DNA from: an uncultured Thermoleophilia bacterium
GTDB taxonomy: Bacteria; Actinomycetota; Thermoleophilia; UBA2241
DNA: 64,000 nucleotides
Direction of reading: 5' to 3'
Assembly (NCBI GenBank): GCA_963702475.1
Contig: CAVPCT010000009.1
Location: 128,001 to 192,000, forward strand
Shown here piece by piece: positions 21,076 through 30,265 of the stretch; position 1 is the first letter of the stretch, and each line of letters starts with the position of its first letter. Made by a program: the position numbers and the translations under genes. The notes below the pieces were generated by a model. It had not been told where the DNA came from. It did no database searches and worked only from the letters and a program-made list of their open reading frames with translations.

Positions 21076-21339
21076 GAAAGCGCTTTCACGAGCGAGCCTT
21101 TGCTCGGCGCCTTTCCGAAGAAGCCCAGTCGCCGATGTTCACGCAGGGCACCGGCCGCATCTGTCGTTCCTCAGTGTTGGTTGCGTTTTACACCGAACGC
21201 CGAGGGCGTGAGGAGGATGACAGGGGCGCGGTCAGGTGGACGTTGAGTCGCATTGCGCCGCGAGCGTCCAGAGAGCGAGTCTCATGCAACGGGCACAGAG
21301 CCTCGGCGTCGCCTCCTGCGCAGCCGCGCGGCGTCAGTC

Positions 21340-21388
21340 CTATACGTTATGGTCATACTTCGCACCAACGATGAAGACTTCCGCCGAA
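21340..21388 (+). promoter_or_regulatory. Second LysR binding region upstream of the acyl-CoA dehydrogenase / Mo-enzyme operon
   Basis: CTATACGTTATGGTCATAC-N12-ATGAAGACTTCCGCCGAA, colinear with 20133-20181. Confidence 0.75.
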
Positions 21389-21466
21389 GTGCTTCCGCCG
21401 CCTTCATGCGCGGCCTACTCTGTGACATTCGCCGACCCCACGTCATCGCACGCCAGGAGCTGCCGC

Positions 21467-22684
21467 ATGGATTTCCGGCTGACCGAAGAGCAAGAGATGA
21501 TCCGCGACATGGTGCGGGAGTTCGCCCGGGAAGAGGTGGCGCCTGCGGCCATGGTGTACGACGCGTACCGCGACCCCCAGGAGTGCGTGCCCTGGGACCT
21601 CCTCAAGAAGGCTTCGGCCCTCGGGCTGCGCACCGCCGCCATCCCGGAGAAGTGGGGCGGCGAAGGCGCCGACTACCTCACGCTGGCCATCATCCTGGAG
21701 GAGCTCGGCGTCGCCGACCAGGGCTTCGCCACCCTCATCCGCGGCTGCTACACCGAGTCGCCGCGCCTCATCGGCGAGCTGAACGACGAGCAGCGCGACG
21801 AGTGGCTGCCCAGGTTCATGGAGGACGACACGTTCCTGCTCGGGCTGGCGCGCTCGGAGCCGGACGCCGGCACCGACTCGCACTTCCTCTACGACGAGCC
21901 CGGCGCGTCCATCCAGACCTACGCCGTGTGCGAGGGCGACGAGTACGTGATCAACGGCACCAAGCACTACATCTCGTGCGGCGGCATCGCCAAGCTCTAC
22001 TTCCTGTACGCGCGCACGGACAGGAAGGGGCCGATCTCGACCAGCCTCAGCTGCTTCCTGCTGCCCGCCGACGCGCCGGGGTTCCGCATCGGCCGCTTCC
22101 ACAACAAGCTCGGGCGGCGCACGCTGGCAAACGCCGAGCTCGTGTTCGAGGACGCTCGCATCCCCGCGAGGTACCTGCTCGGCAACGAGGGCGAGGCGTG
22201 GGGCACCGAGGGCGAGTGGGGCGGCCCGCAGAAGGACTGGTCCAAGACGCCGCTGGGTGTGCCGCCGCCCTTCGGGCTTCTGGGCGCGGCGGCCAACCTC
22301 GGCACCGTGCGCTCGGTGTACGAGGAGGCCCTGGACTACGCCAGGAAGCGCATCCAGGGCGGCAAGCCGATCATCGAGCACCAGCACGTGGCCATGAAGC
22401 TGGCCGAGCTCCAGGTGCAGGTGGAGGCCGCGAGGGCCCTGCTCCACAAGGCCTGCTGGTCGTTCGAGACCAAGTACGAGTACGACCCCAAGATCGGCAT
22501 GCTCGTGAAGGCCTACATCGACACGATCGGCGTGAACGCCGTGAACATCGGCGCCGGCATCTTCGGCGGCTACGGCACCGCGGACGACGACGTGCCCTTC
22601 GGCAAGCACCTGCGCGACATCTACTCGTTCCTGCACGGCTTCGCGACCACGGAGATGGCGTTCCTGAACGGCGCTCCGGTCTGA
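21467..22684 (+). CDS. Acyl-CoA dehydrogenase family protein (non-canonical active site)
   Basis: MDFRLTEEQEMIRDMVREFA, SEPDAGTD, INGTKHYIS, YARKRIQGGKPI; RBS AGGAG. Confidence 0.92.
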   Translation: MDFRLTEEQEMIRDMVREFAREEVAPAAMVYDAYRDPQECVPWDLLKKASALGLRTAAIPEKWGGEGADYLTLAIILEELGVADQGFATLIRGCYTESPRLIGELNDEQRDEWLPRFMEDDTFLLGLARSEPDAGTDSHFLYDEPGASIQTYAVCEGDEYVINGTKHYISCGGIAKLYFLYARTDRKGPISTSLSCFLLPADAPGFRIGRFHNKLGRRTLANAELVFEDARIPARYLLGNEGEAWGTEGEWGGPQKDWSKTPLGVPPPFGLLGAAANLGTVRSVYEEALDYARKRIQGGKPIIEHQHVAMKLAELQVQVEAARALLHKACWSFETKYEYDPKIGMLVKAYIDTIGVNAVNIGAGIFGGYGTADDDVPFGKHLRDIYSFLHGFATTEMAFLNGAPV

Positions 22685-22733
22685 TCGACCATCTGATCCA
22701 TCACTGCCCAACTCGACCAATGGGGGACCGAGG

Positions 22734-25238
22734 ATGGCGGAACAGAGCTTCGTGAACTGCACCAGCGGCGGCGCGATCCGCGTGGACGTGGCCGACGGCA
22801 GGATCGTCCGCGTGCGGCCGCTGGTGTTCGACGAGACGGACGCCGCGTCGTGGACGCTGGAGGTCGAGGGACACGAGTACACGCCGCCGCGTAAGTCCTG
22901 CGTGGCGGCGTTCTCGCTCACCGAGCGCGCGCGCGTCTACTCCGAGGAGCGGATCCAGTACCCGATGAAGCGGGTCGACTTCGACCCGGACGGGGAGCGT
23001 AATCCGCAGAACCGCGGCAAGTCCGGGTACGAGCGCATCAGCTGGGACGAGGCGCTCGATCTCGTGGCCGGCGAGATGAAGCGCATCCGCGAGAAGTATG
23101 GCCCGGAGGCCATCACCTCGCGGGCCTCGTCCCACCACAACTGGGGCAACCTGGGCTACCGCTCGGCGGCCTGGGCCCGCTTCTTCAGCCTCATCGGCTT
23201 CACCGACATCCTCGACAACCCGGACAGCTGGGAAGGCTGGCACTGGGGCGCCACGCACGCCTGGGGCTTCTTCTGGCGCCTCGGCAACCCGGAGCATTAC
23301 GACCTGCTCGAGGACGCGCTGCGCAACACCGAGCTGATCATCCAGTGGGGCAATGACCCCGACACCACGCACGGCATCTACGGCGGCAACGACTCGGCCG
23401 TGTGGCGGCTGTGGCTGCGGGAGCGGGGCATCAGGACCATCGTCATCGACCCCTTCTTCAACTACACGGGCGCGCACGTGGGCGACAAGTGGATCGCCTA
23501 CCGGCCGGGCACGACGGCGGCGCTCGCACTGGCCATCGCCCACGTGTGGATCGAGGAGGACACCTACGATCACGAGTACGTGGCCGCGCGGACGCTCGGG
23601 TTCGAGGACTATCGCGCCTACGTGCTCGGCGAGGAGGACGGCGTCGCCAAGACGCCGGCCTGGGCCGCCGAGCTCACCGGCGTACCGGCGCGCACGATCG
23701 TCGCGCTGGCGCGCGAGTGGGCGTCCAAGCGCACGTGCCTGGCGGGCGGAACCAAGGGTGGCGAAGGCGGGGCCTGCCGGCAGGCCTTCGCCACCGAGAG
23801 CGCCCGCATGCTCGTCCTGCTGCAGGCCATGCAGGGCCTCGGCAAGCCCGGCGTGATGATCTGGGGCACGGCCAACGGGCCGCCGTACAACGCTACGCTC
23901 GAGTTCCCCGGCTACGCCTCCGGCGGCTTCAACCTCATCGCCGAGAAGCCGGCCGTGAACCCCGTTCGACAGCGCCTGTACCGCCTCACGGTGCCGGAGG
24001 CCATCCTGAGCGCGCCCATCAGCTGGATGGGCGAGGGCTTCTGCGGCAACTCCATCGAGCAGCAGTTCACGAAGTTCACGTACCCGATGCCCGGTCACTC
24101 CGAGGTCAGGATGTTCTACCGCTACGGCGGAGCCTTCCTGGCCACGATGACGGACACGAACCGCTGGGTGCGCATGTACCAGAGCCCCAATCTCGAGTTC
24201 GTCGTGAACCAGGACTGCTGGTGGTGCACCGAGACGAAGTTCGCCGACGTGGTGCTGCCGGCGTGCACAAACCTGGAGCGCGAGGACATCGCCGAGTGGG
24301 CGAGCTCCGGCGGCTACTCGCTGCACGCCTCGGGCAGCGCCAGCCACCGCGTGATCGTCTACCAGCAGAAGTGCATCGAGCCGGTCGGCGAGTCGAAGCC
24401 CGACTACGACATCTTCGTCGAGCTGGCCCGGCGCCTGGGCGTGGAGCAGGAGTACACCGAGGGCAACACGTTCGAGGGCTGGATCCGCAAGATGTTCGAC
24501 AAGTCGGACCTGCCCCAGTACGTCTCGTACGAGGACTTCAAGGCGAAAGGCTACTTCGTCGTCCCGCAGATCGAGGACTACAAGCCGACGCCGGCCCTGC
24601 GCTGGTTCGCCGAGGGCCGGCCCTGCGACACGCCGGACACGAGCAACCCGAACCGGGGCACGGACAAGGAGCATCTGCTCGCGACCGTCAGCGGCAAGCT
24701 CGAGTTCGTCTCCCAGAGCCTGCTGGCGCACACGCCGGACGACGACGAGCGCTCGCCGCTGCCGCGCTGGCACGAGAGCTGGGAGGGGCACACGTCGGAG
24801 CTGGCGCAGGCGTACCCGCTGCAACTGATCTCGCCGCACCCGCGCTTCTCCTTCCACACGCAGCACGACACGCGCGTGCCGTGGCTCTCGGAGATCCCCG
24901 GGCACCGCAGGTGGATCGACGGCTACCCGTACCAGGTGGTGCGCGTGCATCCGGACGACGCCGCTGCGCGCGGTATCCGCGACGGCGACGTCGTGAAGCT
25001 CTACAACGGCCGGGCATCGGTGCTGCTCGCGGCGCAGATCACGGAGCGTGTGCGCCCGGGTGTGGTGCACTCGTATGAAGGCTCCTCGAGGTACGACCCG
25101 CTGGAACCGGGCAAGGCCGGGAGCACCGACCGCGGCGGCTGCGTGAACCTGCTCACGCCGTCGCGGATGCTCTCGAAGAACGTGCCCGGCATGGCGCCCA
25201 ACTCGTGCCTCGTCGAGCTCGCGAAGTGGGAGGGGTGA
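22734..25238 (+). CDS. Mo-bisPGD enzyme alpha subunit, pyrogallol-phloroglucinol transhydroxylase (AthL) family
   Basis: NCTSGG..PPRKS, SSHHNWGNLGYR, NPDSWEGWHWG..WRLGNPEHYDLLED, SPHPRFSFHT, DRGGCVN; no Tat signal, no FS0 Cys motif. Confidence 0.92.
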   Translation: MAEQSFVNCTSGGAIRVDVADGRIVRVRPLVFDETDAASWTLEVEGHEYTPPRKSCVAAFSLTERARVYSEERIQYPMKRVDFDPDGERNPQNRGKSGYERISWDEALDLVAGEMKRIREKYGPEAITSRASSHHNWGNLGYRSAAWARFFSLIGFTDILDNPDSWEGWHWGATHAWGFFWRLGNPEHYDLLEDALRNTELIIQWGNDPDTTHGIYGGNDSAVWRLWLRERGIRTIVIDPFFNYTGAHVGDKWIAYRPGTTAALALAIAHVWIEEDTYDHEYVAARTLGFEDYRAYVLGEEDGVAKTPAWAAELTGVPARTIVALAREWASKRTCLAGGTKGGEGGACRQAFATESARMLVLLQAMQGLGKPGVMIWGTANGPPYNATLEFPGYASGGFNLIAEKPAVNPVRQRLYRLTVPEAILSAPISWMGEGFCGNSIEQQFTKFTYPMPGHSEVRMFYRYGGAFLATMTDTNRWVRMYQSPNLEFVVNQDCWWCTETKFADVVLPACTNLEREDIAEWASSGGYSLHASGSASHRVIVYQQKCIEPVGESKPDYDIFVELARRLGVEQEYTEGNTFEGWIRKMFDKSDLPQYVSYEDFKAKGYFVVPQIEDYKPTPALRWFAEGRPCDTPDTSNPNRGTDKEHLLATVSGKLEFVSQSLLAHTPDDDERSPLPRWHESWEGHTSELAQAYPLQLISPHPRFSFHTQHDTRVPWLSEIPGHRRWIDGYPYQVVRVHPDDAAARGIRDGDVVKLYNGRASVLLAAQITERVRPGVVHSYEGSSRYDPLEPGKAGSTDRGGCVNLLTPSRMLSKNVPGMAPNSCLVELAKWEG

Positions 25239-25240
25239 CG

Positions 25241-26086
25241 ATGCCGCGCTACGGGATGGTCATGGACGTCGCCCGCTGCAACGGGTGCTACAACTGCTTC
25301 CTGGCCTGCAAGGACGAGCACTGCGGGCAGGCCCATCCGGGCTACGCCGCGGCGCAGCCGATGACGGGCCAGTCCTGGATCCGCGTGACGGAGCACGAGC
25401 GCGGCCAGTTCCCCAAGGTCAAGGTCGACTACACGGCGGTGCCGTGCCTGCACTGCGACGAGGCGGCGTGCGTGGCGGCCGCCTCCGAAGGCGCCGTGTA
25501 CCGCCGCGACGACGGCATCGTGCTCATCGATCCGGAGAAGGCGGCGGGGCAGAGGGACGTCGTGCAGAGCTGCCCGCACCGCCTGATCTTCTGGAACGAG
25601 GCGGAGCAGGTGGCGCAGAAGTGCACCCTGTGCGCCCACCTGCTGGACAAGGGCTACAAGGAGCCCCGGTGCGTGGAGGTGTGTCCCACCGGGGCCCTCG
25701 TCTTCGGCGACCTCGACGACTCCGACAGCGAGGTCGCGCGGGCGTTCGCCGAGGCCGAGGTCCTGCACCCGGAATACCGCCTCGGCGACAAGGTCCGCTT
25801 CGTCGGCCTGCCTGCCGAGTTCGTCGCCGGCTGCGTCGTGTTCGGCGACACCGACGCCTGCGGGGTCGGCGCCACGGTCACCCTGCAGGGTGACGACGGC
25901 GTGGCGGTCTCGGCTGTGGCCGACAGCTACGGCGACTTCGCGTTCGACGGCCTGCCGCGGACCGCGCGCTTCACGGTGTCTGTGTCGGCTCCGGGCTACG
26001 CCCCGTCAACCTGCGAGGTGACGACCCGAACGTCCATCAACCTCGGCGACATCGTGCTCGGCACGCTCACGGAAGGAGCGGTGTGA
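25241..26086 (+). CDS. Transhydroxylase-type Fe-S beta subunit (BthL-like, three clusters) with C-terminal beta-sandwich domain
   Basis: CNGCYNCFLACKDEH, CLHCDEAAC, DPEKAAGQRDVVQSCP (Cys-deficient), CTLC, CVEVCP, ADSYGDFAFDGL. Confidence 0.9.
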   Translation: MPRYGMVMDVARCNGCYNCFLACKDEHCGQAHPGYAAAQPMTGQSWIRVTEHERGQFPKVKVDYTAVPCLHCDEAACVAAASEGAVYRRDDGIVLIDPEKAAGQRDVVQSCPHRLIFWNEAEQVAQKCTLCAHLLDKGYKEPRCVEVCPTGALVFGDLDDSDSEVARAFAEAEVLHPEYRLGDKVRFVGLPAEFVAGCVVFGDTDACGVGATVTLQGDDGVAVSAVADSYGDFAFDGLPRTARFTVSVSAPGYAPSTCEVTTRTSINLGDIVLGTLTEGAV

Positions 26087-28785
26087 ACGGCATGAACGAT
26101 GAGGGCAAGGCCGGCGCGCCTGCGGACGCCGGCCCCGGCGCGGCTCCAGCTACGCCCGCCGCGCCCCTCGACACTCGCGGCGACAAGAGCGTCCTCAAGG
26201 CGCTCGGCCTGAGCGGCGGCATCTTCGGCGCCTGCCCGTCCAGCGTGGACGTCAAGGACGGGCGCGTCGTCCGCATCCGCCCGCTCCACTGGGACGACAA
26301 GTACGACCCGGCTACCTTCAACGCCTGGAAGATCGAGAAGAACGGCCACACCCTCGAGCCGCTCTACAAGTCCGTCCCGGCCCCGTGGAGCCTCGCGTAC
26401 AAGAAGCGCACCTACTCGCCGAACCGCATCAAGTACCCGCTCAAGCGCGTGGACTGGGACCCGAACGGCGAGCGCAACACCCACAACCGCGGCGTGAGCA
26501 AGTACGTGCGCATCAGCTGGGACGAGGCCACCGACCTCATCGCCGCCGAGATCCGCCGCCTCCATGAAGAGTACGGTCCGCTCAGCATCCTCGTCCAGGC
26601 CGACGGCCACGGCGAGTGCAAGATGATCCACGCCCCGCACGGCTGCGCCACGCTGCTGCTCGACAAGATGGGCGGCTTCACCCAGCAGGTCCGCAACCCG
26701 GACAGCTGGGAGGGCTGGTACTGGGGCTCCAAGCACGTGTGGGGCAAGGGCTTCATCGGGATGATGGCGCCCAACGACAACCTCGTGAAGGACATCTCCG
26801 AGAACAGCGATATGGTCGTCGTCTGGGGCGGCGATCCGGAGACCACCACGTGGGGCTTCCGCGGCCAGTTCGCCAGCCGCCTGTTGTTCTTCTGGAACGA
26901 CATCGGCCTCAGACAGGTCTACATCAACCCGGACCTGAACTACGCGGCCGCCATCCACGCCGACAAGTGGATCCCGATCCTGCCCAACACCGACGCGGCG
27001 CTGCAGCTCGCGCTCATGTACGTGTGGATCACCGAGGATACGTACGACAAGGAGTACGTGGAGACCCACACGGTGGGCTTCGACAAGATGAAGGCCTACG
27101 TGCTGGGCGAGGAAGACGGCGTCGCCAAGACGCCCAGGTGGGCCTCGGAGAAGTGCGGCGTGCCGCCGTGGACCATCAAGGCCCTGGCCCGCGACTGGGC
27201 CACGAAGGCCGTCACCATCGGCCACTACTTCGGCGGCGGGCTGGCGCGCGGGCCGTACTCTCATGAGCCCGCGCGGCTCGAGGTCGTCCTGCTGGGCATG
27301 CAGGGCCTGGGCAAGCCCGGCGTGCACCAGGCCCAGATCGCCTATACCGGTATGCCCAAGAACGTGATCACCGGAGGCGCCGACCACATGGGGCCCTTTG
27401 CCCACCTCACGGCGACGCCGGCCGGCGACCGTCTGCTCAAGCCCCACAAGGGCACCCCGACGGCGTGGGGCAAGCAGATGATCCCCAAGACGCTCATCGA
27501 GGCGGCCATCAAGCACGGCACCGTGGACTTCTGGGGCACCGGCGGTCACGAGGAGCCGACCTCCGACCAATACAGGAAGTACACGTACCCGATCGCCAAG
27601 GAGGACGGCGGCACCGAGATCCACATGATGTGGACCGACACGCCCTGCCGCACGACCTGCTGGAACTGCGGCAACGACGTCGTCGAGGCCATGCGCAATC
27701 CCAAGATCGAGTTCGTGCTGGCGCAGCACCCGTGGCTGGAGAACGACACCCTGTTCTCCGACATCATCCTGCCGGTCAACACCACGCTCGAGGTGGACGA
27801 CATCAGCCCGTGCATCCGCGAGGGCGACAGCTTCCAGAGCGTCATCCTGATGCGCAAGGCTGTGGAGCCCATCGGCGAGTCCCGCAGCGACTTCGAGGCC
27901 GTGTGCGCCATCGCCGAGAAGCTCGACATGCTCGAGGCGGTCACCGACGGCTTCTCGGTGGAGGACCTGCAGCGCATCACCTACGAGGGCATGAAGTTCG
28001 ACTCTGTGGTGCCGTGGGACGAGTTCGCGGAGAAGGACTACTGCGTGCTGCCGGTCGCGCCCGACTGGGAGAAGTGGCCGGCGGGCCTGTACGAGTTCTA
28101 CGCCGACCCTGAGGGTCACCCGCTGCCCACGCCGACCGGCAAGCTCGAGTTCTACTCGGCGAGCCTGGCGCAGGCGTTCCCGACCGACGAGGAGCGCCCG
28201 CCGTACCCCAAGTGGGTGGAGAAGGGCATCACCCACGACGAGCGCATCTCGAGCACGCGGGCGAAGGCGTATCCGCTGCTCGTGATGTCCAACCACGGGC
28301 GCTGGCGCACGCACGCGCAGGGCGACGACATCCCGTGGACGCGCGAGGCCCTCACCTGCAAGGTCAAGGGCTTCGACGGCTACCTGTACGAGCCGTGCTG
28401 GATGCACCCGTCCGACGCCGAGGCGCGAGGGATCAAGGGCGGCGACATCGTCCAGGTCTACAACGAGCGCGGCGGCGTGCTCTGCGGCGCCCTTGTGTGG
28501 GAGCGCATCATGCCGGGCGTGCTGTCCATCGACCACGGCGCCCGCGCCGACTACATCATCCCGTGCAAGCTGGACCGCGGCGGCGCCATCAACGTCATCG
28601 CCCCGGAGGGGCTGACGTCCAAGCACGCCGCCGGCCAGGCCACGAGCGGCTACCTCGCCGACGTCGAGCGCGTGTCCATGGCGCAGATGGAGCAGTGGAT
28701 GCGCGACTACCCCGAGGCGTTCCAGCGCGAGTACGACCCGGCTTCGGGTCTGCGCTTCAACGCCTGGGTCCAGGAAGGGAGGTGA
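26083..28785 (+). CDS. Second, divergent transhydroxylase-family Mo-bisPGD alpha subunit
   Basis: VDVKDGRVVRIRP, ADGHGECKMIH, NPDSWEGWYWG, SNHGRWRTHAQGDD, DRGGAIN. Confidence 0.88.
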   Translation: MNGMNDEGKAGAPADAGPGAAPATPAAPLDTRGDKSVLKALGLSGGIFGACPSSVDVKDGRVVRIRPLHWDDKYDPATFNAWKIEKNGHTLEPLYKSVPAPWSLAYKKRTYSPNRIKYPLKRVDWDPNGERNTHNRGVSKYVRISWDEATDLIAAEIRRLHEEYGPLSILVQADGHGECKMIHAPHGCATLLLDKMGGFTQQVRNPDSWEGWYWGSKHVWGKGFIGMMAPNDNLVKDISENSDMVVVWGGDPETTTWGFRGQFASRLLFFWNDIGLRQVYINPDLNYAAAIHADKWIPILPNTDAALQLALMYVWITEDTYDKEYVETHTVGFDKMKAYVLGEEDGVAKTPRWASEKCGVPPWTIKALARDWATKAVTIGHYFGGGLARGPYSHEPARLEVVLLGMQGLGKPGVHQAQIAYTGMPKNVITGGADHMGPFAHLTATPAGDRLLKPHKGTPTAWGKQMIPKTLIEAAIKHGTVDFWGTGGHEEPTSDQYRKYTYPIAKEDGGTEIHMMWTDTPCRTTCWNCGNDVVEAMRNPKIEFVLAQHPWLENDTLFSDIILPVNTTLEVDDISPCIREGDSFQSVILMRKAVEPIGESRSDFEAVCAIAEKLDMLEAVTDGFSVEDLQRITYEGMKFDSVVPWDEFAEKDYCVLPVAPDWEKWPAGLYEFYADPEGHPLPTPTGKLEFYSASLAQAFPTDEERPPYPKWVEKGITHDERISSTRAKAYPLLVMSNHGRWRTHAQGDDIPWTREALTCKVKGFDGYLYEPCWMHPSDAEARGIKGGDIVQVYNERGGVLCGALVWERIMPGVLSIDHGARADYIIPCKLDRGGAINVIAPEGLTSKHAAGQATSGYLADVERVSMAQMEQWMRDYPEAFQREYDPASGLRFNAWVQEGR

Positions 28786-28787
28786 CC

Positions 28788-29618
28788 GTGGGCAAGGTCT
28801 TCGTCATCGACGTCGGCAGGTGCAACGGCTGTCACTCGTGCCAGGTCGTCTGCAAGGACGAGCACGTGGCCAACGACTGGACGCCGTACGCCAAGCCGCA
28901 GCCCGAGGTCGGTCAGTTCTGGATCGAGCTCACCGAGCGGGTGCGGGGCACGGTGCCCAAGGTCAAGGTGGCCTACCGCCCGCACCTCTGCATGCACTGC
29001 GACAACGCCCCGTGCATGACCTCATGCACGGTGCCCGGCGCCCTGTACAAGCGCGCCGACGGGCTGGTCATCATCGACCCGGTCAAGTGCACCGGGTGCA
29101 AGAACTGCGTGGACGCGTGCCCGTACGGCACCATCTTCTTCAACGACAACCTCAACATCGCCCAGAAGTGCACCGGCTGCGCCCATCTGCTGGACGACGG
29201 CTGGGCCGAGCCGCGCTGCGCCGACGCCTGCCCGACGCTGGCCATCAAGCTGCTGGAGGAGGACGAGGCGAAGGCACAGGGGCTGCTCGACGGCGCCGAG
29301 GTCTGGAAGCCGGAGCGCGCGGAGGAGCTCAGGCCGCGCGTGTACTACCGCAACCTGCCGAAGAAGTTCATCGCCGGCACGCTCTACGACCCGGCGGAGG
29401 AGGAGGTCGTGATCGGCGCGACGGCGACGCTGACGGCGGCGGACGGTGGGGGAGAGGCGCTGACCGCCGAGACCGACGCCTACGGCGATTTCTGGTTCGA
29501 GGGCCTCGAGGACGGCGTGTACGACCTGGAGCTGAAGCACGACGGCCAGGCCGTGAGCTTCGCCGGCCTGGACGCCGCCGCGGCCGACATCAACCTGGGG
29601 GACATCCCGCTGGTGTGA
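28788..29618 (+). CDS. Fe-S beta subunit with four complete cluster motifs
   Basis: CNGCHSCQVVCKDEH, CMHCDNAPCMTSC, CTGCKNCVDACP, CTGC..CADACP, TDAYGDFWFEGL; GTG after GGAGG. Confidence 0.9.
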   Translation: MGKVFVIDVGRCNGCHSCQVVCKDEHVANDWTPYAKPQPEVGQFWIELTERVRGTVPKVKVAYRPHLCMHCDNAPCMTSCTVPGALYKRADGLVIIDPVKCTGCKNCVDACPYGTIFFNDNLNIAQKCTGCAHLLDDGWAEPRCADACPTLAIKLLEEDEAKAQGLLDGAEVWKPERAEELRPRVYYRNLPKKFIAGTLYDPAEEEVVIGATATLTAADGGGEALTAETDAYGDFWFEGLEDGVYDLELKHDGQAVSFAGLDAAAADINLGDIPLV

Positions 29619-29764
29619 CGGCGGCCACAGTCTGACTCATCGCATGCGGACCTTTCGCCGCCGGGGGTTGCCACCGCGACCCGGATGGGTAACCCTCGCT
29701 GCAGCGCCGCTGCGTGAGCGCGGCGATTCCTGTACTCGATCGGTCGCGTGGAAGGGAGCCCGGG

Positions 29765-30160
29765 ATGTCAGGCTGGGAGAAGGTCGCCGGTAGCGACGAG
29801 AAGGACCCCATCAAGCTCGCCGAGAGCGGCGAGAAGCAGCAGTGGTCCTTTCACGGCCACGTCTTCGAGTTCGAGTGCCGTCAGGCACCGCACAAGTACA
29901 CGCTGATCCCCAACGGCGTGCAGCTCGAGGTCAGCATCGTCGAGACGGCTGCCGGCGACCCGGCGAGGCCCATCCAATGCACTGAGACCGTGCTCCAGGG
30001 CAACGATGGTGCGGAGCTCCTCAGTGACTTCGACGAGTACGCACGCATCAACGCCGAGGCGAAGATGCGGGAGATCTTCGCGTACGCCGGCAAGATGGTG
30101 CTCGCGCAGGAGGAGCTGAAGCGGCTGTACGATCCGGAGCCTGTCGCTGAGGAGGCCTGA
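29765..30160 (+). CDS. Hypothetical protein
   Basis: RBS AAGGGAG and GC3-biased codons; no recognisable motif. Confidence 0.65.
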   Translation: MSGWEKVAGSDEKDPIKLAESGEKQQWSFHGHVFEFECRQAPHKYTLIPNGVQLEVSIVETAAGDPARPIQCTETVLQGNDGAELLSDFDEYARINAEAKMREIFAYAGKMVLAQEELKRLYDPEPVAEEA

Positions 30161-30220
30161 TCGGGCGCACCTGCGCGTGCTGCTCGGCAGGGACGTCGTG
30201 CTCGGCCGCTGAGAACGCGG

Positions 30221-30256
30221 GAGCGGGCCGGGCGCCTCGCGGCGCCCGGCCCGCTC
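30221..30256. terminator. Terminator hairpin between convergent genes
   Basis: Perfect 16-bp stem GAGCGGGCCGGGCGCC-tcgc-GGCGCCCGGCCCGCTC. Confidence 0.8.
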
Positions 30257-30265
30257 TTCCAGACG

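Noticed and set aside
21076-21087. LacI/cre-like palindrome GAAAGCGCTTTC
   Set aside because: Single copy abutting the lysR stop, far from the next promoter, and no LacI gene in the window.
22734-28785. DMSO/TMAO/biotin-sulfoxide reductase call
   Set aside because: No Tat signal or DmsC anchor; NPDSWEGW and the BthL-type beta subunit point to the transhydroxylase clade.
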